Assembly: GCF_963921235.1 (NCBI RefSeq)
Contig: NC_086104.1
Span: forward strand, 64,294,001-64,358,000
Direction of reading: 5' to 3'
Source of the DNA: Mobula hypostoma
Taxonomy: Eukaryota
DNA length: 64,000 nt
Part shown: in pieces, positions 39,190-51,049 of the stretch
Position numbering within the stretch: the first letter of the stretch is position 1
Layout: every line of letters starts with the position of its first letter
The notes under the pieces: model-generated
What the model was told of the DNA's origin: nothing
Seen by the model: only the letters and a program-made list of their open reading frames with translations
Database searches by the model: none
Made by a program: the position numbers and the translations under genes

Positions 39190-39800
39190 TGCCCTCTCCC
39201 CAGTCACAAGTGGACAGAGCTCAGCAAGCCCCCGGCGTGGACCGTCCACACAGAATATCCTTCAGTCCTAAACAGACAGAGCCTGCCTTCAACGCGCACC
39301 AATCCGTCCTTGAGAGGGGAAAGATGCTTCAACCGCGGTGGATGCAGACGGCAGAGCATCACATCTCTCGAGTGCTGTACGGCAATGCTGAGCGGAACTG
39401 TTGTCTTCAGCACCAGGCTTGTTCTGCCACAGCTCAACTCAATCGCTTCGCTTGCCACTCCTTCCCTTGCCTGTATTCCCGCGGCGGCCGATCAGTCCCC
39501 AAGGAAACGCCTGAAGGACAGCAGACACCAGCTGGTTGACACACTAAGCCCGACAGCTTGGTTATGTGCTATAGCTGCTCCTCTCTCCGCATTCCTTAAC
39601 TTCTGGGATATGAAGAAAAACGTCCCTCCCCATCCCGGGTTGCACCAGAACCTCGCCCAGCCTCGGCAATGGTCAAGTTGGCACTGCTTGACGACAGAAA
39701 GGCTAGCGGAAAGTGACAGCGTGTCATCAACTGCACAGCGCTGACTGGAAACAAATGCAAGGGCTGCAAACGGCCCTCAGTTACTGCTGCATGTCGGTGA
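39190..39800 (-). promoter_or_regulatory. CpG-enriched 5' UTR / promoter region of RPS6KA2 exon 1
   Basis: Locally GC- and CpG-rich, repeat-free sequence directly upstream of the start codon. The TSS cannot be determined. Confidence 0.55.
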
Positions 39801-40109
39801 GAGTTACACCCTTGCTGGCATCAAATCACGTTTCACTTTGTAACTGCGAATCGAACAATCTCCAGTATACAACAATAGACTGTTTGAGCCCATACAAAAC
39901 AGATGCAGCATTCAATTATACATCAAAAGAGTCAGGTAATTGGGACCCAGCCAAGCTCAGAACAAAATGCTCTATGCTGTGACAAAAACCAGAAGAATTA
40001 AATGCTGACGTATAAAGTTTCTTTTTCCACTGTTTGTCATCGCGTGATAATTTTGAGGTACAGAATTATCACTCTGCCACCTTCAGTGCCAATTGTCTTG
40101 TTATTGGAC

Positions 40110-41340
40110 TTAGAGTTTTCTGAGGAAGTTACCAAGGTAGTTGATGAAGGCAAGGCAGTGGATGTTGTCTGCATGGACTTCAGCAAGGCCTTTGACAAAG
40201 TCCCACATGGAAGGTTTGTTAAGAAGGTTCATTCACTTGGCATTCAAGATGAGGTGATAAATTGGATTAGACATTGGCTTTGTGGTTGAAGCCAAAGGGC
40301 AGTAGTAGATGGATGCCTCTTTGACTGGAGAGTTGCGACGATTGGAGTGCCACAGGGATCAGTGCTGGGTCTGTTATTTGTCATCTATATCAATGATCTG
40401 CATGATAATGTGGTTAACTGGATCAGCAAATATGCAGATGACACCAAGATTGGGGGTGTAGTGGACAGCAAGGAAGACTATCAGAGTGGTAGCGAGATCT
40501 GGACCAACTGGAAAAATGGGCCGAAAAATGGCATGTGGAATTTAATGCAGACAAGTGTGAGGTGTTGCACTTTGGGAGGACCAGCCAGGGAGGCTCTTGC
40601 ACAGTAAATGGTAGGGCACTGAGGAATGCGGTGGAACAAAGGGATCTGGGAATACAGGTCCAAAACTAATTGAAAGTGGCATCACAGGCAGATAAGGTCA
40701 TAAAGAAAGCTTTTGCTACATTGGTCTTCATAAATCAAAGTATTGAGTACAGGATGGGATGTTATGTTGAAGTCGTATAAGATGTTGGTGAGGCCTAATT
40801 TGGAGTACTGTGTGCAGTTTTGGTCACCTACCTACAAGAAAGTTGTAAATAAAGTTGAAAGACTACAGAAAAAATTTACAAGGATTTTGCCGGGACTGGA
40901 GGACCTGAGTTATGCAGAAAGATTAAATAGGTTCGGACATTATTCCTTGGAATGTCAAAGACTGAGGAGAAAGTTGGTGGGGGTATTCAAAATGATGAAG
41001 GGTATAGATAGGGTAAATGCAAACCAGCATTTTCCGGTGAATTTGGATGAGACTACAACTAGAGGACATAGTTTAAGGGTGAAAGGTGAAAAGTTTAAAG
41101 GGAACATGAAGGGAAACTTCTTCACTCAGAGGGCCGTGAGAGTGTGGAACAAGCTGCCAAGGCAAGTGATGCATGTGAGCTCGATTTCAATGTTTAGGAG
41201 AAGTTTGGATAGGTACATGGGTGGTTGGGGTATGGAGGGCTGTGGTCCTGGTGCAGGTCAGTGGGAGTAGGCAGATTAAATGGTTTGGCAAGGACTAAAT
41301 GGGCCAAATGGCCTGCTTCTGTGCTGAACTTTTCTATGAC
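40110..41340 (+). mobile_element. CR1 LINE 3' portion
   Basis: VDVVCMDFSKAFDKVPH, PQGSVLG, KYADDTK, LVRPNLEYCVQFW, FFTQRAVRVWN, and the 3' UTR. Confidence 0.92.
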
Positions 41341-43214
41341 CAAGTGGATTAGTTAGGGAGTGACCATGAATTTTAATTAGCATTTTCTACTTCTTTCAGT
41401 TCTGTTTTAAAATCCCAAATGCAGCAGGGTAGCAGGTTTTGGTGCTCCTGTGTTATAGCAGGGCATGGATCTGCTTTCCTGATGCATTCAGCTAACTGCA
41501 GCCACCGGGAATGGTTAGTGAGGTAGTGGAGTAAGAGAACAGCTAGCATTAATAAAAAAGACCATCTACTTATTGTTTTGACTTCCTCTACAGAATCTGA
41601 GCACATTTTTAACAAGGGAGTCTTCTTTAAGAAGTGAGAGAGGTAAAAGACAGAAAATTATAGGCCAGTTAGCCTTGACTTCAGTGATTGGTAAAATGTT
41701 ACAGTCCATTAGTTGTTGTGATTGGTGTAACTTAAGAAATAGGGCACTCAGCTTATGTTGAGCAAAATCCCACTAGTAACTAACAAGGATAATTTGTTGT
41801 GGTGAAGTTGAGTGAGGGAGAATACCTCAGCCCTAAAAAATAATTCCATAGTGTCAGGAATTGTAGCGGAGGCTTGACCCAAAAGTAGAGCAACAGAGAC
41901 AATATACTGTAGCAGTGAGCAATAACTTTAATAATAAGCTGCAAAATAAGCCGCGAAGGGCCATGAAACAAGAGAGCACAATTATTAAACACCACAGGCA
42001 ACTAGGTAACTGAATACCAGAGCAACTGGTTGAGGCCGACTGGTTTGATGGGTGAACAAGGACTGTGAATGAGAGATGGGTTTAAATAGGCTGTAGACTG
42101 GGAGGTGCCCGCCTGACAGGACACCCCTCCTATGGTCGGCACCCGATGAGCCAGGGCAATCCGGATGAGTCCAGTGGAACTCCTCAGTGAGTGATGGATC
42201 CAATGAGTATGGCACCCAAGACCTCTCCTCCATGCAATACCTTTCCTAAATGACCAGGTATTGCACACCTCATCAACAATGACGCAAGTCCATCAGCCGG
42301 CGAACCATATACACTGGACCACCATCCACCATTTCAGGTTCTGGAGGTGCAGTTTCAGGTGGGTTGAGTGGTCCATGGACAATGGGCTTGAGACAGGGCA
42401 CATGGAAGATAGATGTGATCCTGAGGGATACTGCCAGCCAGAGACAGTAAGTGACTGGACTGGATTGATGTGATAGGTAATCTTGACGGGACAATGAACT
42501 GAGGTGAGAGCTCGTGGGAGTCAGTGTGCAGAGGCAGATCTCAAATGGACAGTCAGACATGGTCCCTGGGTTGGAGTAGTCTGATTGGGCAGTGCTGGCA
42601 GTTGGCTTAGTGGCAGAACGCATGGTTGGCAGCTAGGATAGCCCTCTGTGCCCTTTTCCAAACACTCCAGCAGCGGGAAATCAGGGCCTTGCCTGACAGT
42701 AGCCATGAAGTACTTCAAAGGGTGCCATAGCTGTGGCAGAGGAGATGTGTAAATTGTGAGAAAGATCAGCTCAGGCCAGGGCAGACAATTCTTCCATGTG
42801 GAAGGTTTAGAGGCAGTGAAGCACTGCAGAAAGCTCTGCACTTGCTGATTGGCTCTTTCTGGTCTGTGGATGATAGCCAGAGGACAAACTCAACTGAGGT
42901 GCAGAGGAGGGGACAGAAGGCTTGCTAGGAGTGGGAGGAGAATTGTCAGCCCTGATCTAGCACAACTTCTGAGGGAAACCATGGAGGCAACCTACATGTT
43001 GGAGAACCAGGTACACTATCCCAGTGGCTGACTGAAGTTTGGGAAGGGCAATCAATTAGGTCACCTTGGAGAACCAGTCCACCATTGCCTTGATCACCAT
43101 GGGCCCCATCGTAAGGTGGCAAACCCATGATGAAATCCATGGTGATGAGGGACCACTAGCATTGAGGGACTGGTAGGGGCCACAGAAGCCCAGAGGGCAC
43201 TGATTGGAGGAATT

Positions 43215-43855
43215 CACAAGATCACAAGACAAAGGAGCAGAAGTAGACCATTCAGCCCATCGAGTCTGCTCCGCAGCTCCCCCATGAGCTAAACTATTCA
43301 CCCATCTAGTTCCAATTTCCGGCTTTTTCCCCATATCCCTTGATACCCTGACTAATTAGATACCTGTCAATCTCCTCCTTAAACACCCTCAATGATCGGG
43401 CCTCCACAGCTGTATGTGGCAATGAATTCCACAAATCCACGACCCTCTGGCTAAAAAAATTTCTCCTCATCTCTGTTTTAACTGGGTACCCTCTAATTCT
43501 AAGACTATGGCCTCTTGTCCTGGACTTACCCACCAAGGGAAACAACCTTTCCACATCTACTCTGTCCAACCCTTTCAACATTCGAAACGTTTCTATGAGA
43601 TCCCCTCTCACTCTTCTATACTCTAATGAATACAGTCCAAGAGCCGACAGACGCTCCTCATATGTTAGCTCCTGCATTCCAGGAATCATCCTTGTAAATC
43701 TTCTCTGAACTCTCTCCAACATCAGTATATCCTTTCTAAGATAGGGGGCCCAAAACTGCACACAGTATTCCAAATGAGGTCTCACTAATGCCCCATAGAG
43801 CCTCATCAACACCTCCTTACTCTTATACACTATTCCTCTTGAAATGAATGCCAAT
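43215..43855 (-). mobile_element. Young CR1 3' end inserted in the Sushi integrase region
   Basis: Uninterrupted 182-aa ORF (LVRPHLEYCVQFWAPY...FFSQRVVDLWNSLP) and a (cacaaga)-repeat tail. Confidence 0.92.
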
Positions 43856-45661
43856 TCATTTGCAATTCAACTCATGCCAATTCAATTGGACTGGGCACAT
43901 TAAAAACAGGTGGCAATGAACTGATACACATGTGCAATCATGCGCCTGGATGGCTGGATATGAATGAGGAGTAGGCCCACTGGAGTGCCTCAGAGCGCAA
44001 GGCTGCTGGCATGTACTTGCAGTGGTTGGGTGTGTTGGCCAGAGTTGGCTCGTGCTGTAGGGCCAGGCAGATCCAGTTCTCAAGGTCCCAGATGATTGGA
44101 GCAAGGATCTGCAAAGAAGCAATGATAAGCTGTTCGAACTGCCGCGACAGGGCATCTGCCTTAGTGTTCTTGGAGCCAGGTCAATAGGAGATGGTGAAGT
44201 TGAATTGTGGAAAGAAAGGGCCAGAGAGCCTGACCTGGGTTGAGTTGGTGGATCTATTCTATGCATGTGAGGTTCTGCTTGTCAGTCAGATCAGGAATGG
44301 CACAGTGTTTCCCATTCGCCATCATCTCCATTCCATCAAGGCCCATTTAACACTGAGTAGCTCACTGTCTCCTATTCCATAACAGTGCTGTGTAGAGTTG
44401 AACTTGTGCACTAAGTCCTTGCTGGAAGAGGATGGCCTGGGCGCCCATGTTAGATGCATCCACCTCTACCACAAAAGGTCCGGAGAGGTTCAGATTGTGG
44501 AGAATGGGACTGGTGGTGAAACATCTCTTGAGCTCCTCTGAAGCATGGTCCTCAGCAGCCAACCAGCTCATCCCTGATGTAGGTGACTTGGTGAGAGAGG
44601 TGAGAGGAGCAGCAATTTGGCTGTTGTTTCTCACAAAACGATGGTAGAAGTTGCAGAAGCCCAAGAAGTGCTGCAGCTGTTTGTGGGAGTGGGCTTGGGG
44701 CCTTTCAATGGAGGAGCTCACTTTCTCTGGGTCCATGGTTATGCCCTGGGGCAAAAGGACATAACCCAGGAAGGAAATAATCTTCTAACTTGCAGTACAG
44801 TTGTTTTTCAAGCAGACGCTGAAGGACTAAAGAGACATGATAGGAAGTCCTTAGAGAAGATGAGGATGTAACCAAGGTAGAATAACACATACCAGTGTAG
44901 CACGTCTCAGAGAATCTTGTTAATGAAGGCTTGGAAAATGGCTGAACTGTCAGAAAGTCTGAAGGACATCACCAAATATTCATAGCAGCCAGATGGTGTT
45001 ATGAAAGCCATCTTCCACTCATCCCCCTGGCAGATGTGGATTAGGTTGTACACACTCCATGGAACCAGTTTGGTGAATATCTGGGCCCAGTGTAGTGTTT
45101 CGAATGCACTGTCCATCAAGGGGAGAGGGTAGCAGTTCCTAATGTTAATTTAGTTGAGTCCATAGTAGTCGATGCAGGGACGAAGACCCCCATTTTTATT
45201 TTTATAACTCGCCAACCAGTCCTACAGACACAGAAACCCATCCAGATACACACATCCAGATACATTGCTCGCCAAACAGTGGACCTTCCGCCCGTCCACG
45301 GGCGCTACATAGGCCAACCTATCTGAGAACTTCCTAATCCTCCGAGACCTCCATACACCGCTCACCTGAACCCTAAAGGCTCAGACACTACTAGGGATAC
45401 CTCGGGCCTGCTTGCCAACTCCTCTCTCACTCAGGCCACCATTACAACTCGGAGCCCCCAGTCCCGTGTCCAGAGCCCAACTTCTTTTCCTTCCTGGTCC
45501 TGCTGTAACCCAGACTGCCCACAGCTAGCCCTCCCCACTACACCTGACTCAGTGTGAGAAGGGTCAAAGGTCTCTTCCTCAATCACGGGGAAGTTAGCGA
45601 AAGGCAACATGTACCACATGTCCAGCACATCATCCTTCGAATCCGTATTCTTCCTCATTCC

Positions 45662-46500
45662 CTCGATCGGTAGCTGCTGTTTGAGTTTCTTCAAACTGAA
45701 ACATTTAGCTGGGGCTACCCCTTCAGCCTCCTGCAGTCGAGACGTCAGCTTCTTCGGGGACTCCTTCGACTCTCGCCACAGCCTCAGCAGCTCTGACTCA
45801 GGGTTCCTGGCCATCTCAATCTGGGACGCAGTTACCCCACCAGCTTCTTCCACCCTGACCTGAAAAGCAGCAGTTAAAGAATGTTCAGCCTCCAGTTGTT
45901 TCTTCCTGATGACGTCCTCCAGGTCAACGTTCAGTTTTTCCACTTCATTTAAACTGTCGATAGTCACCTTCAGGTTCCTTTCAAGCGTTCGCCTCCCTTT
46001 TCCGAGATCTGTCCTTCATTTCTATACCTCCTCAGGAGTGTAGTCAAACTCCCCTCCCTGGCCTCTCGGTTTTCTGTTGGCCTGAGTCAGAACACTTCCT
46101 TGATCTTCCCCAACTTGTAAGTCTTCCAATCTTTTCTGGATCAACGTCTTGAGTTTCTGCTGATCCCTTCGAAGGTGGGTCATTGTTTCTTCTCGCTGGA
46201 TTAATTCATCAGTACATGACCATAGTGTCGGCTCGGAATTCCATTGCTCCTTCTCCATGTTGACGAGTGTGAATTCCAAGTTCGCAATGGTCGTCCCAAA
46301 AGTGCAGTACTCAGTCTCCGGCCGGCATTTCTGAGCACTCAGTTCAGCGGTGCAAATCCCCTCTCTCCCCTGTGTTTCATTCAGATTGATGACCTGGGTT
46401 TCCATCCCCAGGTCCACCACCGTCTGTTCCAACACCAGGAAGTTCAACTGGTATGTCAGGTCATTTTTCTCACATTGCACCAAACTCCTCCGGCCAAGAA
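45662..46500 (-). pseudogene. Intronless sarcomeric myosin heavy-chain rod (S2/LMM) fragments, MYH16-like, embedded in a Gypsy element
   Basis: [66 protein letters not shown]...[10 protein letters not shown] and [11 protein letters not shown]...[13 protein letters not shown] occur in the same order as the myosin II rod motifs. Confidence 0.85.
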
Positions 46501-47954
46501 CTCCTCCACGTGTGACACTTCGCTTCTGTCGCCCAGGCTCAGCCACTCGCCTTGCCTCATAGTCCCCCCTGGCGAATCCAAGCTCTAGGCGGTCATCCAT
46601 ATATGCCAAAACTCCACACACCTTCACTTCCCCCATGGTCTTCCTCATGCCCCGCGGGAAGGATGCAGGGGCTCCGGATATGCCCTTGGGCATCTTTTCG
46701 GATCGGAAGAATCCTAGGGAACTAATAATGGCCGTCTTCGGCTCAACAGCCGCACTCCTTGAGATCTGGCAACATCCACTCCTCAGATCCAGCACATTAA
46801 ACCACGTGGCATAATCCACACACACGCTGCCTACATCTTCCACGGCGCCAGGGTCCAGTTGCCGCGACCTCTCTCTCACTGAGGTGTCTTCAGCGGTCAA
46901 CTCCCCTCCCTCGTGGTAGTTCGGAGTGTCTACTAAGAGGGTCTCACCCTCAGCTACTTTCTCCAGGCCGTACCACAGCTGGGTCACGTTTAAATTCGGT
47001 ACTGGCTCAAGGCTGCTACACACGTCCTCAGAAGCAACTCGACACGCTGGGCGCCCAGACAATGCCCCTATGAACTCCAGGGTCATTAACCATTATCATC
47101 TTCTGGATAATTACTGGCACTGGTACCCAAAATCTCCGGTGTCCTTGCAGTTGTCAAGGGTAAATGCTTCAGACACCGGTTGTAAAACAAACTGTACAAC
47201 AACTTGACCTGCGCCCCGGGGTCGAGGATGGCTTTAGCATCGCTTCCCTCTATCCATAACGACACCCTGGGGCGTGGTCCCTCTAAGCCTTCAGGAATAG
47301 GCTCTTTTCCTTTCGGAAGTTCATCGGTACATTGCTGGGAACGTGCTTCCCCAGAGACCCCGAGCCGTTCCCTCACGGGGCCTCCACTAAGTTTCCCGAG
47401 ACCTCTCTGATCAGCTGAACAACTGAAGGAGGGGCTGATCCCCTGGCACTGCAAGCAATTTAGCTGCCCTCCTAGCCAGAGAAGACACACTGAAAACTTT
47501 CCCCCCTCTTTCAAATAACTGACAGCTGTCACTACAGTGTAAGTGAACCTGACAGCTCTAACACCGTCACCAGCCCATCTACTTAAAATTTCAACCAATC
47601 CCTGTTGCTCTCCCTCAACCAAGCACTGCCACTCATCTAACAACTGAGAGATCCGCTCCACCCACGTCTCGCATGCCTCCACCCCTCTTGGGGTGGACAC
47701 TGTACCAAACGCCAGGCGGAGCCTGCCAGAGCCAGAATATTTATTCTCAGACACTACCTCAGAATCAGACCACTCTTTCCTCTCTCTCCCAACAGCATGG
47801 ACAGCCCCGAGTCACACCCCCAACTCGTCAACGCTAGTCTGAACTCGAACAAAGACCTCACCCACCACGCATGCAGCAATAACCAGCAAATAACCCACAG
47901 AGACACACATTACTGATTTATACAGAGCAACCACACAGCATACCACTAGATCCA

Positions 47955-47972
47955 ATCCCAGAAGAGCCCCCA
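47955..47972 (-). other. tRNA-Pro primer binding site
   Basis: TGGGGGCTCTTCTGGGAT, a 16/18 match to canonical TGGGGGCTCGTCCGGGAT, 3 nt downstream of the LTR end. Confidence 0.85.
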
Positions 47973-50900
47973 CAATGTAGCCCACTGGCCAGCCTCAGGG
48001 TCGCTCGGCTCGCTGTCATCTAGGGAAACAGCCCTCGACCCCGCCAAACTGGGTAATTAGTTTGTGTAGATGCTGTGTGATGTACCCCACCCCGCCCAAA
48101 TAACAGACAGTACACCAGATACGATTAAGTGATTCACAGTTTATAGATATTACTGGAACTATATAATTAATAGAGAATAAAATATTAAAGGAAAATAAAA
48201 GGTGCCACACTTATCAAAGTTCAGTCTCTTCGTGCACAAACAGTTGGAGCTCAGGACCCTTCTTCTTCACCCTGTGACCCCTTGGACCACCTTGACTGGC
48301 CGCCTGGGACCAACAATGGTGGTCGACCAGACGCTCCACACGAGTCCGTCTCCATCTCCTCTCCTCACCCTGACCTCGGACTCCTGCTCGGGGTCCGACT
48401 CCATTAGTGGATTCACAGCACCTGGTCCATCCTCTGTCTCTCTCTCTCTCCCACTTTCTCCCCAAAACCCCGCGCATACAATATTTTACAGACACACCAA
48501 AAGCATAACAACTATCCCAAATGGTTCGTAACACCTTCTTATCAGTAACGTGATCCAAACAAACTGCTAGCGGGAGGACTTTCTCAGCAGTTAACATAAC
48601 AAAGAAGCCCTTTCAATTATAACATAACAAAGAAGCCATTTTAGTTAGACTACACAGTGCCAAAAAGAAAAGAAACCCCTTACAGAAAGAAGAATCCTGC
48701 ACTAGCTGAGAACTGGGGTGGTTGAATGAAGCTATGCTGTAACTCTTTGGTGATGTAGTCATTCATGGTTTGGGTCTCAAGAAGGGGAGAGAGAGAACAG
48801 GCTACCTTGGGAGGGGTGGTGCCCAAGAGGAAGTTTATCATGCAGTTGTGTGGTCTGTGAGTTGGCAGGGTGTTGACGATTGTTAAGTTGTTGTATTCCT
48901 GCAGGAGTTTGGTGAGGTCGAAGGTTTCCTCTGTCTCCATAGGTCTGTGGGGTGAAGTCCACTGAGGTTGCAGGCAAGTGGTTCGGCAGGTCAACACAGC
49001 AATGGACTAGATGACCAGGCAAAGTGAGGAGCATGAGTGGAGTGCCAGGGGTAGGCCAGGATGAGAGGCATGTTGGGTGAGTCAATCAGGAGGAATTGGA
49101 TGGACTTGCGGTGCTCTCTGATGCTCGTGTGCATGCTCTGACCATCCCAACCCCAAGGGACGTCCGTTAATTGCCATGATGCAGAAGGAGTGAGAGTTAG
49201 CCTAGGTAGGAAGTCCGAGCTGCACACAGAGTCTGGTCCAGAAAGCTCCCTACTGCAACGGAATCCACCAGAGCCTCCTGTGAGTGTGGAGCCATCGGGG
49301 TGTGGAGAGTGAGTCATGGTGTGGTGCTGGGATGAGGGTCTGGGAGGAGCTTACCAGAGAGAAGGCCCATCGCCTCTACCTGGTGGTGGCATTTCCTGGA
49401 TGTAAGGGGTATTTGATGCGTAGGTGGTCGGCTGCTCTGCAGTAGGTGCTCAAGTTGTTTTTCCACCGATGCTCATGCTCTTGAGGTGTTAAGGGAGCTC
49501 TCACTAGCTGCCTGGGTTTTAAAGGCATTGCTATGGAGGATGCTACAGCCTAAATGGTTCTGGGTAGCAAACTGGCTGTCTGGCTGATGATCTTGTGGGT
49601 CATTCCATAAAACACTTGTCTATACAGAAGACCAGAGTGATGAGGCATTCGAGATTGGTGGCCAGCTGCCGGATTGAGAGCTTGTCCTTCAAACATTCCA
49701 GGAGGCCATGGTGGTAATGTGCTAGCAACATTTCTATATTCCAGCTGCCTTCCGCCAAGAAGGCCTTGAATTCCATGGTGGTCCAGCCTGAGCATCGGCC
49801 TGGACATAGGTGAAGTATCCACTTCCCACGTGCTCAAAAACCTGGCATATCTCAGTAGCAAATTCTTCTTATTTATTGCAAATGGTGGTTTTATGGTTTT
49901 ATCAGCAGCCCAAGTCTGAGTTCACCCAGTCAAGAGAGCGATGACAAATGCAACCTTGGCTCAGTCCGTAGAATACAGAGTTGGCTGGAGTTCAAAATGT
50001 AAGATGGACTGAGAGAGGAAGTTACCACATCGTGTTCGTGATCTGTCAAAGTGTACAGGCACCAGAATCAGAATTCAGAGGGAGGAAGTTGACTGGCGTA
50101 GGGCTCCTGTATCGAGATGGAGAGTTGGAAGAGAGTGGTGAGCAGGAGGTTAATGGTGAGTGGTGAGTGATCAATGGTTTGCCTCCTGGTTCTGGATCAA
50201 GTGCTTATGTCAATAGATGAGTTCTTTTAGGTGAGCATACTCTGTTGGGCCAAATCATAGGTCCACCCATTCTGCCAGGAACCGTAGAGAAGTCTTGATG
50301 CAAAAGCAGAGCAGTGGAGAGCATATAGCAGTCAGCAAGGAGGGGCCATGAAACAAGAGAGGACAGGTTCTAAGCACCTTACCAAGGAATGTGGAGTTCA
50401 ACCTTACCAGGACTCCTTGATATCACACTCAATTAAGCCCATCTTGATGTTATGAGTTGTCGCTATCAACTTACCTTTAGGATTCAGCATTTCTGTCTCT
50501 GTTGGGACCAAGACTGTGAAATGGTGTGAACTGAGTGGTACGAGCAGAGCCCAAATTGAACATCAGTAAATAGGCAATTGGTGAATAAATTGTTCTTGAT
50601 AGCATTGTCAACTGTCCCTTCTATCACAACTCTGATGAATGAAAGCAGGTTGATAGGGCAGTAATTGAGTAAATTAGATTTATCTTATTGTCTGTGCACA
50701 AGGCACACATTTCGGTGATAAGATTGATGGAATAAAACAGCATGACAGGATGGTGTGTGACTTGGAAGGAAACTTGAACATTCCCATGCCACTGCTGCTG
50801 TAGACATTTTAGCCAAAGGAGATCAAAAGTTTGCTCAAAGCAGCCTTGGCAAGTTGCTGCAGTACATACTATGGTCAAGTGTGCAGCTAGTGAGAGAGTG

Positions 50901-51049
50901 AATGTTTTAAATCATAAAATGTGTGTTGATTGCAAATATGAGGGAATATACTGATAAACTTCAATCTATTGCTCTCTTTCTTATCATTAGGCGGAAGGTG
51001 CTTACCAATCTCTTCACTTAGCAAACTGGAATCAAAACTAACAGTGAAT

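Larger units (their letters stand above)
45206..48684 (-). mobile_element. Non-autonomous Gypsy element (PNMA-type gag) carrying a captured myosin fragment; 3' LTR absent
   Basis: LTR 48684-47976 (TGTAAG...CTACA) and tRNA-Pro PBS. Gag RLRLAFGTVSTPRGVEACETWVE...LDEWQC; protease AILDPGAQV; [29 protein letters not shown]. Post-integrase tail RRSRRIRKFSDRLAY near 45310-45350. Confidence 0.88.
41852..50380 (-). mobile_element. Degenerate Sushi/Tf1-group chromovirus (Gypsy) with two nested insertions
   Basis: 3' LTR 41852-42118 (TG..CA) with purine tract GGAGGGG just upstream on minus; partial 5' LTR from 50273. PEG10/RTL1-like gag (AKVAFVIALLTG), ASAGFFF|[46 protein letters not shown] integrase, and a C-terminal chromodomain (YMVRRLMD...EERSWVP). 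Confidence 0.9.

Noticed and set aside
45431-46500. A genuine host myosin gene
   Set aside because: No introns or motor domain, internal deletions, two stops, helix-breaking substitutions, and Gypsy sequence on both sides.
47084-47088. TAATG stop-start overlap as programmed translational coupling
   Set aside because: It falls inside the protease region, which is normally continuous, so it is more simply a frameshift mutation. A family consensus is needed to revisit this.
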